From the NCBI GenBank assembly GCA_963664325.2, contig CAXXDQ010000003.1:320001-384000 (forward strand): a stretch of 64,000 nucleotides of DNA. Reading direction: 5' to 3'. Position 1 is the stretch's first letter, and each line of letters starts with the position of its first letter. The position numbers and the translations under genes are program-made. Under the pieces are notes generated by a model that made no database searches, had not been told where the DNA came from, and saw only the letters and a list, made by a program, of their open reading frames with translations. Source of the stretch: Desulfomonilia bacterium (GTDB taxonomy: Bacteria > Desulfobacterota > Desulfomonilia > UBA1062). Positions 10,416-19,548 of the stretch are shown one piece after another.

Positions 10416-10436
10416 TTTTCAACAATTTGTAGAAAA
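10416..10436. promoter_or_regulatory. inverted pair of DnaA-box-like 9-mers upstream of the dnaA homologue
   Basis: TTTTCAACA-att-TGTAGAAAA; each box has one mismatch to TTWTNCACA. Confidence 0.4.
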
Positions 10437-10466
10437 CTTTTCAGCTCTAAAATGCTGATGATTCCT

Positions 10467-11879
10467 TCAAAAACCTTTAATTTTTTTATAAAGTTCTAAA
10501 TATTCATTTGCCGGACTTTCCCATGAGACATCCGTCCTCATTGAATTTTTCATCATCCCTTCAAGGAAAGGCCTATTTTCGTTATACATCGCTACCGCAT
10601 ACCTAGCTGCCCCAAGAAGGGAAGTGTAATCAGGGAATGTAGCCCGGATGGCGTTAGGGTAGTCCCTTTCCCCAACTGCGATTACGGTGTCGGCAAGGCC
10701 GCCCACGTTTGTCACGATCGGGATGGTGCCGTATCTGAGGCTTATCATCTGGTTTAACCCGCAGGGTTCAAACCTGGAGGGCATCAGAAAGAAGTCACTG
10801 CCTGCTTCTATAAGGTGTGCCAGCGCTTCGTTGAATCCGATATTCAGGCCAATTCTGCCGGGGTAAGAAGAGGCTAGTTTCTTGAGCCGGTTCTGAAGCC
10901 GGTCTTCACCGCTGCCCAGGATCACTACAAACGCATCATCGGCAATATCCGGAATAATGTCCGCAACAAGATCAATACCTTTCTGGTTAACAAGTCTGCT
11001 TACGAGTCCGAAAACCGGCGCATCATTTTCCTCATCCAGTCCGAAATATTTTTTCAGTTCTGATTTGCATTTCATTTTACCTTTCATGTTTCCAATACTG
11101 AAATTTGCCGGCAACAATCTATCGATTTCTGGATTCCATTCATCAATATCTATACCATTGGTTATTCCATAGAGTTTTTCGCTGACTGAGCTGAGCAGCC
11201 CCTCAAGACCGACCCCGAATTCCGGTGTTTTGATCTCTTGAGCATAACTTTTACTCACCGTGCTGACGGCATCGGACAAAACAATTCCGGCCTTCATTAT
11301 GTTAATCCTTCCGAAATACTCCATGCACCATGATGAAAAATAATCACGAGGAAGAAGAAGCAGAGGCCATAAAGAGATGTCAAAATTGCCCTGATAGGCC
11401 AGATTGTGAATGGTGAACAGCGTTGATATGTTTTTAATTTCAAGAGACTTCAGATAGGCACTTGCCAGAGCTGTCTGCCAGTCATTAAGGTGCAGTATAT
11501 CGGCAGAAAGGTAACAGGCCAGTTCTACACAGGCCCTGGAAAAAAATGCAAACCTTTCAAGATTATCCGGGAAGTCGTTGTTCTGGTACGTATACAGGCT
11601 GCTTCTGAGGAAGTGCTCATCGTTTTCGATGAAAAATACATGCCCATGCTTGTATATGCCGGCATTGGCAAGTCCGTAACCCATTGGGAAAAGAAGATCG
11701 GTAACATGCTCCGGTTTTAAACCCTTATTTTTTATACTCCCGTAGTATGGCATTACAGATTCGCAATCTATACCTTTTGACCTGAGCGCAGCAGGCAATG
11801 CCCCGGCAACATCTGCTAGTCCGCCGGTCTTTGCATATGGTGCAACCTCTGATGAGCAGAACAAAATCTTTCCAAACAT
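10467..11879 (-). CDS. glgA: glycogen synthase
   Basis: KTGGLADV, HLNDWQ, TIHNLAYQG, PSRFEPCGL; likely start ATG 11879. Confidence 0.93.
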   Translation of the reverse strand: MFGKILFCSSEVAPYAKTGGLADVAGALPAALRSKGIDCESVMPYYGSIKNKGLKPEHVTDLLFPMGYGLANAGIYKHGHVFFIENDEHFLRSSLYTYQNNDFPDNLERFAFFSRACVELACYLSADILHLNDWQTALASAYLKSLEIKNISTLFTIHNLAYQGNFDISLWPLLLLPRDYFSSWCMEYFGRINIMKAGIVLSDAVSTVSKSYAQEIKTPEFGVGLEGLLSSVSEKLYGITNGIDIDEWNPEIDRLLPANFSIGNMKGKMKCKSELKKYFGLDEENDAPVFGLVSRLVNQKGIDLVADIIPDIADDAFVVILGSGEDRLQNRLKKLASSYPGRIGLNIGFNEALAHLIEAGSDFFLMPSRFEPCGLNQMISLRYGTIPIVTNVGGLADTVIAVGERDYPNAIRATFPDYTSLLGAARYAVAMYNENRPFLEGMMKNSMRTDVSWESPANEYLELYKKIKGF

Positions 11880-11955
11880 AAAAAAAAGAGTAACATAATA
11901 GATGGTTGAGAGCGAGATTAAATAACACACCGGTATCAGATCGGGGGGGGGTAAA

Positions 11956-12405
11956 ATGGAAAGGTCGGATGAAGCGGAGAAATTGTTCAGGGACGGGTTT
12001 AACTGTTCGCAGGCAGTGTTTTCAGTTTATGCGGAGGAGATGGGCGTTCAGGCTGAGATGGCAATGAAGATTGCCTGCGCTTTCGGCGGCGGAATGAGGC
12101 TGGGAAACACATGCGGGGCGGTAACAGGAGCTCTGATGGTGATCGGCCTCAAATATGGAAAATCAAAAGTTGACGATAATGAGGCCCGGGATAAAACCTA
12201 TGCCCTTGCAAAACAGTTACAGGCAAGGTTCAGCAAAACGAACGGTTCAATTATGTGCCGTGACCTTCTCGGATATGATTTGAGTACGCCAGAAGGTTAT
12301 GAAAAAGCAAAAGAAAATCAGGTCTTTCTTAAAATATGCCCGAAACTTGTAAAGGATGCCGGGGTAATAGTTGAAGAAATTCTGAGATTGGAAACAAAAG
12401 CTTGA
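11956..12405 (+). CDS. C_GCAxxG_C_C family putative redox protein
   Basis: FNCSQAV, CGAVTGA, MCRDLLG, ICPKLV. Confidence 0.85.
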   Translation: MERSDEAEKLFRDGFNCSQAVFSVYAEEMGVQAEMAMKIACAFGGGMRLGNTCGAVTGALMVIGLKYGKSKVDDNEARDKTYALAKQLQARFSKTNGSIMCRDLLGYDLSTPEGYEKAKENQVFLKICPKLVKDAGVIVEEILRLETKA

Positions 12406-12578
12406 TAATGCGATTTCCTTACCACTTATGCAGCAAGTACAAAAAGATCTTCTGGCATTTCATCCTGATCACGCCCAGTGCAGCAAATGCGCGGCCAGGA
12501 TAGGCTTTTCATGATTATGATAATTATGTTTTGCGATAGTAAATATTTAATATATACTTGTTAATTAATGAGGAAATT

Positions 12579-13712
12579 ATGAATTCAGTGTTCCTGTATA
12601 CACCCAAATTCAACGAATATGATTTTGGAACATCCCATCCGTTCAAACCTTACAGGGCTAAAATGGTTTATGAGCTGTGCTACAGGTACGGTCTTCTCGA
12701 TGAACCGTGGATAAAGTTGGTTGAGCCTTCTTCTGCAACCGATGATGTAGCCAAGACGTTTCATACCGAAGATTATATCGATACCCTTAAGAGCGCCAAT
12801 AACGGTCATTTCGATTTCACCATGATGGAATACGGCCTGGGATCGGGTGACAATCCTGTATTCAAGGGGGTTTATGAGCTTTCAATGGCCATGCTCGGAG
12901 CAACGATGAAGGGTGCGGAGATGATGGTAGCTGGCGAGGCCGACATTGCGTTTAATGTGAACGGCGGGCTCCATCACGGCAAACCGGCATATGCCGAAGG
13001 GTTCTGTTACGTGAATGACATTGCGGTGGCAATACGCTATTTCCTTAAACACGGTTATGAAAGGATAATGTACGTTGACCTGGATGCTCATCACGGTAAC
13101 GGGGTGCAGGATGCTTTTTATGATTCAAGCAAAGTGCTGTTTCTTTCGCTTCATCAAAGCGGGGATACGATATATCCGGGAACCGGTTTTGAAAGGGAAA
13201 TCGGGACCGGTAATGGCCGCGGATATACGGTAAATGTACCGCTCCCTGAATATACTGACGATGAGGCTTATGGCCGCGCATTCAATGAGATCTTTCACCC
13301 CCTGGTGCAGGCATTCAAGCCTGAACTGATTGTTGCCCAGATAGGCCTGGACACGCTTAAGAGGGACCCGCTTACAAACCTGCGCTGTACAAACAACGGC
13401 TACACACGGATTATCGAGACTATAAAAAATTCATGCCCTAAGATCATGGCACTCGGGGGGGGTGGGTATAATATAGGGGATTCGGTAAAAGGCTGGAGTC
13501 TTGCATGGGCTATTCTTAATGGCCTTAATCCTCAGGATAAATATGAAGGTATTGTAAGCGGCAATCTTTACAGCCCTTCTCATTCAGGCGGAAGCCTGTA
13601 TGACGAACCATATAACCTGTCTCCCGTCCTTAAGGAGGCTGTAAATAACTTTATAAACTCAAAACTTCAATTTATCAAAAGTAACATATTCCCAATTCTG
13701 GGTGCGGGTTGA
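12579..13712 (+). CDS. acuC: histone deacetylase family / AcuC-like protein deacetylase
   Basis: HPFKPYR, GGLHH, GFCYVND, DLDAHHGNG, GGGGY; ATG 12579 after GAGGA. Confidence 0.8.
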   Translation: MNSVFLYTPKFNEYDFGTSHPFKPYRAKMVYELCYRYGLLDEPWIKLVEPSSATDDVAKTFHTEDYIDTLKSANNGHFDFTMMEYGLGSGDNPVFKGVYELSMAMLGATMKGAEMMVAGEADIAFNVNGGLHHGKPAYAEGFCYVNDIAVAIRYFLKHGYERIMYVDLDAHHGNGVQDAFYDSSKVLFLSLHQSGDTIYPGTGFEREIGTGNGRGYTVNVPLPEYTDDEAYGRAFNEIFHPLVQAFKPELIVAQIGLDTLKRDPLTNLRCTNNGYTRIIETIKNSCPKIMALGGGGYNIGDSVKGWSLAWAILNGLNPQDKYEGIVSGNLYSPSHSGGSLYDEPYNLSPVLKEAVNNFINSKLQFIKSNIFPILGAG

Positions 13713-13778
13713 AAAGCTTGACAGAATTCGGAATTGACCTTAAATCAGGCAGAATTTCCATATCAGGGAGGTTTAAAA

Positions 13779-14198
13779 ATGGAAGATCAGAAAAAAACAT
13801 ACAGTTTTGTTGATAAAAGAGGCGAAAGCAAGCCTGAAGAGCCGGCAAAGAAAGTTGATGAAATCTTAAAGGATGAGCCTCAAAAAGCGCAGGAAAGTCC
13901 CGGGTCTGATCAAAAACAGGAAACTCGTTATAATGGAGAAGTCCCGCGCATCGACCTATCAACCCTTGTCATGAGCTTTGCCACAAGCGCAATAGTGGCA
14001 ATGGGTAAAGCTCCGGATCCGAATACCGGCCAGGTCTTTCTGGATTTTGCCATTGCACAGCAGAATATTGACATTATTGCCCTTCTTAATGAAAAGACCA
14101 AAGGCAACAGGACACGAGAAGAAGACAACCTCTTTGAAGGTGTTCTTTATGAATTACGGATGCTTTTCGTAGAGGCAAAGAAAGGGGGAACAAAATGA
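13779..14198 (+). CDS. DUF1844 family protein
   Basis: IDLSTLVMSFATSA..MG..PDP, AQQNIDIIALL.EKTKGN, LYELRMLFV. Confidence 0.8.
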   Translation: MEDQKKTYSFVDKRGESKPEEPAKKVDEILKDEPQKAQESPGSDQKQETRYNGEVPRIDLSTLVMSFATSAIVAMGKAPDPNTGQVFLDFAIAQQNIDIIALLNEKTKGNRTREEDNLFEGVLYELRMLFVEAKKGGTK

Positions 14199-15700
14199 AA
14201 AAGAAGATCCTGTCAGTAAGCATCATTGCGATAGTAGCGGTCTGTTCAGCCATAATAGGCATGATGATAGCCACGTCGTTCAAGCTTCCTGAAATTGGGA
14301 AGGCTTCAAATTTCTGGGAAGATGGTGACCCGAAAGCCAATCTCAAGGTAATCATGCCGTCGTTAAATGCCCTGGCGCAGGAGCTTACTCCTTCCGTTGT
14401 CTATATAAAAACTTCAAAAGTCGTTCAGCAGAAAGAAATAATGAAAAAATATCGTTCGCCGTTTGGCGGAGGCCCTGACGACCCGTTCGAGGATTTCTTT
14501 AACCGGTTTTTTGAAGGAATGCCCAATGCGCCTGAAAAGCAGGAACAAAAGAGCCTTGGTTCAGGTTTTATTATTTCAACTGACGGGTACATCATTACAA
14601 ACGCACATGTAATAGAGGGTGCGGAAAAGATAGTCGTATCCCTTACGGATAAGAAAGATTATGAAGCCAAGCTTATCGGAAAAGATACAAACACGGACAT
14701 AGCGCTGATCAAGATCAATCCTGAGACAAAACTGCCGGCGGTTAAACTTGGAAATTCAGATATTCTCAAAATCGGTGACTGGGTGATGGCAATCGGAAAT
14801 CCTTTCGGCCTCAGCCATTCAGTAACAATAGGAATTGTAAGCGCCAAGTTCAGAATTATCGGGGCTGGACCCTATGACCAGTTCATTCAGACCGATGCTG
14901 CGATAAATCCGGGGAACTCAGGCGGGCCGCTTATAGACATGAAAGGACAGGTTATCGGTATAAACAGTGCTATAGTCGCATCCGGTCAGGGCATAGGCTT
15001 TGCTATCCCGATTAACATGGCAAAGGAAATACTGATGGAGCTCAAACAGACAGGCTCTGTCACCAGAGGCTGGCTCGGCGTGGGAATCCAGGAAGTGACC
15101 CCTGAGATTGCCAAGGCTGTAGGACTTAAAGAACCCAAAGGTGCAATGGTTACCATGGTTTATCCGGGAGACCCGGCAGCTAAAGCGGGAGTAATGAAAG
15201 GTGATGTGATAATTTCTGTAAACGGTCAGGAAATCAAGGATCCTTCAGCTCTTACTCAGATGATAGGTACGTTTAAACCGGGTTCCAAAATAACTATAGG
15301 GGTATGGCGAGGAAAGAAGGAACTCAAACTTGAAACCAAGCTGGAAAAGAGGACTGATGAACATATTGCAGCACTCGGTAAAGAAGGCGAGGAGAAAAGT
15401 GCACCGGACAAAGAGTCAAAAGATTCTCTGGGTATAACGGTAAAAAATATTACACCTGATCTGGCAAAAAGGCTAAGACTTGATGACGCCAAGGGTGCCC
15501 TTGTCATGGATGTGGATGATAAGAGCCCCGCATCAGGAATAATCAGAAAAGGTGATGTCATAAAAGAGATCAATTACAAGGGCGTTGACACGATAGACGA
15601 TTACCTTGATGCCGTAAAAGGGCTTCGAAAGGGAGATTCCATCCTAATGCTTATAGTCAGAGAGGGAAAGTCCCAGTACCTGGCATTTGAGATCAAGTGA
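14195..15700 (+). CDS. degP: DegP/DegQ periplasmic serine endoprotease with two PDZ domains
   Basis: GSGFII, TNAHV, TDIA, GNSGG triad; N-terminal TM/signal. Confidence 0.9.
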   Translation: MKKKILSVSIIAIVAVCSAIIGMMIATSFKLPEIGKASNFWEDGDPKANLKVIMPSLNALAQELTPSVVYIKTSKVVQQKEIMKKYRSPFGGGPDDPFEDFFNRFFEGMPNAPEKQEQKSLGSGFIISTDGYIITNAHVIEGAEKIVVSLTDKKDYEAKLIGKDTNTDIALIKINPETKLPAVKLGNSDILKIGDWVMAIGNPFGLSHSVTIGIVSAKFRIIGAGPYDQFIQTDAAINPGNSGGPLIDMKGQVIGINSAIVASGQGIGFAIPINMAKEILMELKQTGSVTRGWLGVGIQEVTPEIAKAVGLKEPKGAMVTMVYPGDPAAKAGVMKGDVIISVNGQEIKDPSALTQMIGTFKPGSKITIGVWRGKKELKLETKLEKRTDEHIAALGKEGEEKSAPDKESKDSLGITVKNITPDLAKRLRLDDAKGALVMDVDDKSPASGIIRKGDVIKEINYKGVDTIDDYLDAVKGLRKGDSILMLIVREGKSQYLAFEIK

Positions 15701-16560
15701 GGGTTTTAAGCCCAGCAAAGATTAATCTTTTGCTTGAGGTTTTAGGCAAAAGGAACGACGGGTACCATGAGCTTTTAACACTCATGATGCCCGTGACCCT
15801 TTTCGATGTTTTATATCTTGAGAAAAAAAAGGAAGGCATCGAACTCGATGCCCCCGGTTGCGGGTGTCCGACTGCTGACAATCTGGTTTTTAAAGCTGCA
15901 GAATTGTTCAGGCGCAAAACAGGATTAAATAAAGGGATAACTATCAGAATTGATAAAGAAATCCCTTTTGGTGCAGGTCTGGGCGGGGGCAGCAGCAACG
16001 CGGCGCATACGCTTGTAGCCCTTAATAAATTATTCGGGACAGGACTGGATGAAAGTCAGCTTTCTGAAATGGCTCAGGAAATAGGCGCGGACTGCCCGTT
16101 CTTCATTCATGGAAGACCTGCAGTGATGGGCGGCAGGGGTGACATGCTGTTAGCCGACGTTTTGATTGAGGATAGGGCTTATCTTCTTGTCATTCCACCA
16201 TTTGGAATATCGACTGCAAGGCTCTTTTCTGAGTACAAGATGTCATTGACTAACAGCAAACATGCGTTTAAAATAGAGGACATAACTGAGAAACGTATTG
16301 CACCAGAGAGATATTTGTTTAATGAACTTGAAGATAATGCATTTGAGTTGCATCCGGAAATAAAAACAGTTAAAGTAGATTTAATCCGTGCAGGCGCTCT
16401 CGGAGCCCTGATGTCGGGAAGTGGATCAGCTGTTTTCGGGGTGTTTGAGGATGCCGGGCATCTCGAACATGCAATGTTTAAGTTGAGAAAACGAGAGGGG
16501 TATAAATACATACCCACAACTAGAACGCTGGGGGGAGTCAATGGAGATTACAGAAGTTAA
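15697..16560 (+). CDS. ispE: 4-diphosphocytidyl-2-C-methyl-D-erythritol kinase
   Basis: PAKINL, DGYHEL, IPFGAGLGGGSSNAA, MSGSGS. Confidence 0.95.
   Translation: MRVLSPAKINLLLEVLGKRNDGYHELLTLMMPVTLFDVLYLEKKKEGIELDAPGCGCPTADNLVFKAAELFRRKTGLNKGITIRIDKEIPFGAGLGGGSSNAAHTLVALNKLFGTGLDESQLSEMAQEIGADCPFFIHGRPAVMGGRGDMLLADVLIEDRAYLLVIPPFGISTARLFSEYKMSLTNSKHAFKIEDITEKRIAPERYLFNELEDNAFELHPEIKTVKVDLIRAGALGALMSGSGSAVFGVFEDAGHLEHAMFKLRKREGYKYIPTTRTLGGVNGDYRS
16246..16274 (+). promoter_or_regulatory. sigma70-type promoter inside ispE, likely driving spoVG-prs
   Basis: TTGACT-N17-TAAAAT. Confidence 0.5.
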
Positions 16561-16822
16561 GGTTTTTCCGGTTCAGAATAACGACAAATTAAAGGCTTAT
16601 GCATCAGTAGTATTTGACAACTGCTTCGTGGTCAGGGACTTGCGGGTTATTCATGGTGCAACCGGACTCTTTGTTGCAATGCCGTCCCGTAAAAGAAAGG
16701 ACGGTACGTTCCGTGACACTGCCCATCCTCTCAACATGGAAATGAGAGACATGATTGAGAAGACTATCTTAAATGAATACGAAGAAAGGTTGTCTGACGA
16801 CGAGGTCCCACAGCAACAGTAA
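16541..16822 (+). CDS. spoVG: SpoVG nucleic-acid-binding regulator
   Basis: MEITEV, LKAYASVVFDNCFVV, GLFVAMPSRK, RDTAHP. Confidence 0.92.
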   Translation: MEITEVKVFPVQNNDKLKAYASVVFDNCFVVRDLRVIHGATGLFVAMPSRKRKDGTFRDTAHPLNMEMRDMIEKTILNEYEERLSDDEVPQQQ

Positions 16823-16857
16823 GATTCGCTCCAACTTATCTTTATAATATTCCAGGT

Positions 16858-16930
16858 TGGGATATCGTCTAAGATCAGGATATAAGATTTAATATCTCAT
16901 TATAGGCGGTTGGATATCTTCCTTTCGGCC
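16858..16930 (+). pseudogene. decayed tRNA, probably tRNA-Gln remnant
   Basis: TGGGATA-TC-GTCTAA..AGGAT-A-TAAGA-TTTAATA-TCTCA-...-GGCGG-TTGGATA-TCTTCC keeps cloverleaf spacing, but T-loop, D-loop GG and acceptor 3' strand are broken; syntenic with tRNA-Gln. Confidence 0.55.
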
Positions 16931-16956
16931 GCTCATAAAACAATAGGAGCAGAATA

Positions 16957-17898
16957 ATGATGTCTGATATCCGGGTGTTTGGCGGCAATTCTAATAGTGT
17001 GCTTGCAGTCAGTATATGTGATATTCTTGGTTTGAAACTAGGCGAAGCAAAGGTTCAGACTTTTTCAGACGGAGAGACTTCAGTTGAGATTAACGAAAGC
17101 ATACGTGGAAAAGATATATTCATAGTTCAATCAACATGTCCTCCCAGCAATGAACATGTAATGGAACTGCTTATTTTGCTGGATGCGGTTAAAAGGGCAT
17201 CGGCAAGCAGAATAGCGGCTGTAATACCATATTTCGGCTATGCAAGGCAGGATAGAAAATCATCAGGCAGAACACCAATCAGTGCAAAACTCGTAGCAAA
17301 TCTTCTGGAAACTGCAGGTGCGCACCGCGTGCTTACGATTGATCTTCATGCAGGACAGATACAGGGATTCTTTGACATACCCGTTGATAACCTTTATTCA
17401 AAGCCGGTTATTCTGGAATACATAAAGGAAAATTACTCTGATAATATTATTATTGTTTCACCTGATGCGGGAGGTGTTGAAAGGGCAAGGGCGTTTGCGA
17501 AGCCGATACGCGCGGATCTGGCTATTATCGATAAACGAAGGGAAAGAGCCAACCAGAGCGAGGTTATGAACATCGTCGGCGATGTAAGGGGAAAGATATG
17601 CATGCTTGTAGACGACATGGTTGATACAGCAGGCACTCTTACCAATGCGGCCAGGGCGCTTATCGAGGCTGGTGCAAGCAAGGTTGCAGCATGCTGCACG
17701 CATGCGGTCTTATCAGGTCCTGCGATAGACAGGCTTAACGCTTCTCCAATAGATGAACTTATCGTTACCGATACAGTGCCATTGAGGGGCAATGCAATTG
17801 GAAACAGCAAGATAAAAGTTATTTCTATAGCGCCGATACTGGCGGAAGCCATACGAAGGATATATACAAACGATTCTGTCAGCGCCCTGTTTATGTAG
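16957..17898 (+). CDS. prs: ribose-phosphate pyrophosphokinase
   Basis: FSDGE, PYFGYARQDRK, DLHAGQIQGFF, VSPDAGG, VDDMVDTAGT. Confidence 0.96.
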   Translation: MMSDIRVFGGNSNSVLAVSICDILGLKLGEAKVQTFSDGETSVEINESIRGKDIFIVQSTCPPSNEHVMELLILLDAVKRASASRIAAVIPYFGYARQDRKSSGRTPISAKLVANLLETAGAHRVLTIDLHAGQIQGFFDIPVDNLYSKPVILEYIKENYSDNIIIVSPDAGGVERARAFAKPIRADLAIIDKRRERANQSEVMNIVGDVRGKICMLVDDMVDTAGTLTNAARALIEAGASKVAACCTHAVLSGPAIDRLNASPIDELIVTDTVPLRGNAIGNSKIKVISIAPILAEAIRRIYTNDSVSALFM

Positions 17899-17926
17899 GG
17901 GCAGGGCTGTATCCAATATTTTTATA

Positions 17927-19426
17927 TTATTCTCCCAACTCCGGCCTGAACTGCAGGGCTTCAGCCATATGCCTTTCGTTGATGCCAGCCGAACCGTCAA
18001 GGTCGGCAATCGTTCGTGCAACTTTTATCACGCGTTTGTAGGCACGCATGCTGAGGTTGAATTGTTTCATGGCGGTAATAAGAAGCGAGCGGCATGAACC
18101 GCTCAGACTGCAAATTCTTTCAATATCATTATCCGGAATACGGGCGTTTATGTATCCCCGATCAATCTGCATTTGCCGTGCTTTCATTATATTATCCCTG
18201 ATTTGAACCGAGGGCATGCCTGGCGTATGATTCATGACATTTTCTATTTCCACAGGGTCAACCCATACATGCAGGTCAATCCTGTCGAGAAGCGGTCCTG
18301 AAACCTTGGACAGGTATTTGGAAATTTGAACCGGTGTGCAACGGCATTCTTTTGCCGGATGTCCTTTGAAACCGCAGGGACAGGGATTCATTGCCGCGAT
18401 AAGCTGGAACCTTGCTGGAAAGGTAACTGATATGGAGGCCCTTGAAACAGTCACTTCTCCATCTTCCATTGGCTGGCGCATCGCTTCAAGTGCCGACCTT
18501 TTGAACTCGAGCATCTCGTCCAGAAAAAGTACTCCGTTATGGGCCAGGGTTATTTCTCCCGGTGATGGATTTCCACCTCCACCGATGAGACCTGCTTCTG
18601 AAATAGATGCGTGAGGCGACCTCAAGGGTCTTGTTGAAATTATAGAATTTCGGGTCAGTCTGCCTGCGACAGAGTATATCCTCGTGCATTCAAGGATTTC
18701 CTCTCTTGTAAGCGGCGGTAGTATTGAAGGCAGCCTTTTTGCCAACATTGATTTTCCTGCTCCCGGTGGTCCTATCATGAGCATATTATGTCCGCCGAGT
18801 GCGGAAATGGTAATGGCCCTTTTGGGCAATGCCTGACCTACAATCTCAGACATATCAGGTTCGTGATCGGGTTTTTTGGGAATGATAATTTCATTGCGGA
18901 TGATCCCCTCAGGGTCTTCCTTTAGAATTCTGACGGTTTCTTTAAGGTCTCTGCTGGGCCATACCCGTATTCCTGAAAGAAGGGCCTCATTAAGGTTTGC
19001 CCTGGGGCATATAATACCTTTGAGACCTAGGGATTTTGAAAGGAATGCTGCGGATACGGTGCCTTTTGTTGACCTTACCGAGCCGGTCAAACCGAGCTCA
19101 CCTACGAAAAGATATGATGAAGAAGCGTCTTGAGGGATAATTCCCATAGCGGTAAGTATTGCTATGGCAATCGGCAGGTCATAAACGCCGCCTTCTTTTT
19201 TTACGTCGGCTGGGGCGAGATTGATAACAATTCTGAGCGGCGGAAAATCAAGACCTGAATTGATTATTGCAGAGCGTACCCTGTCTCTGCTTTCCTTGAC
19301 TGCGTTGTCAGGCAGACCTACTATTGAAAAAGAAGGCATCCCATGCCTGACATCAGCCTCAACAGTTATGCCGATTGCATCCGTGCCAAGAATGGCAGCC
19401 GATTTAACACTTGCTATCATTTCCAT
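17927..19426 (-). CDS. comM: YifB/ComM Mg-chelatase-like AAA ATPase
   Basis: VGLPDNAVKESRDR, GPPGAGKS, LAHNGVLFLDE, MNPCPCG, SGPLLDRID. Confidence 0.9.
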   Translation of the reverse strand: MEMIASVKSAAILGTDAIGITVEADVRHGMPSFSIVGLPDNAVKESRDRVRSAIINSGLDFPPLRIVINLAPADVKKEGGVYDLPIAIAILTAMGIIPQDASSSYLFVGELGLTGSVRSTKGTVSAAFLSKSLGLKGIICPRANLNEALLSGIRVWPSRDLKETVRILKEDPEGIIRNEIIIPKKPDHEPDMSEIVGQALPKRAITISALGGHNMLMIGPPGAGKSMLAKRLPSILPPLTREEILECTRIYSVAGRLTRNSIISTRPLRSPHASISEAGLIGGGGNPSPGEITLAHNGVLFLDEMLEFKRSALEAMRQPMEDGEVTVSRASISVTFPARFQLIAAMNPCPCGFKGHPAKECRCTPVQISKYLSKVSGPLLDRIDLHVWVDPVEIENVMNHTPGMPSVQIRDNIMKARQMQIDRGYINARIPDNDIERICSLSGSCRSLLITAMKQFNLSMRAYKRVIKVARTIADLDGSAGINERHMAEALQFRPELGE

Positions 19427-19548
19427 ATTAATAATCGTTAGGAATGGAATGTCTAGGTTTTTTTTATGAGAAGGCTGAAAGAACCATTAAAAACAATATC
19501 ACAGACAAAACAGGAAATATTTTTTCAAGATTCATATTTCTAAAGATT

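Noticed and set aside
8775-10466. oriC around the dnaA homologue
   Set aside because: No perfect TTATCCACA boxes, no box cluster or clear DnaA-trio run, and no dnaN/gidA/rpmH neighbours
12426-12512. tmRNA tag-like ORF ending VLAA*
   Set aside because: No tRNA-like GGGG..TCCACCA ends and the space is too small for ssrA
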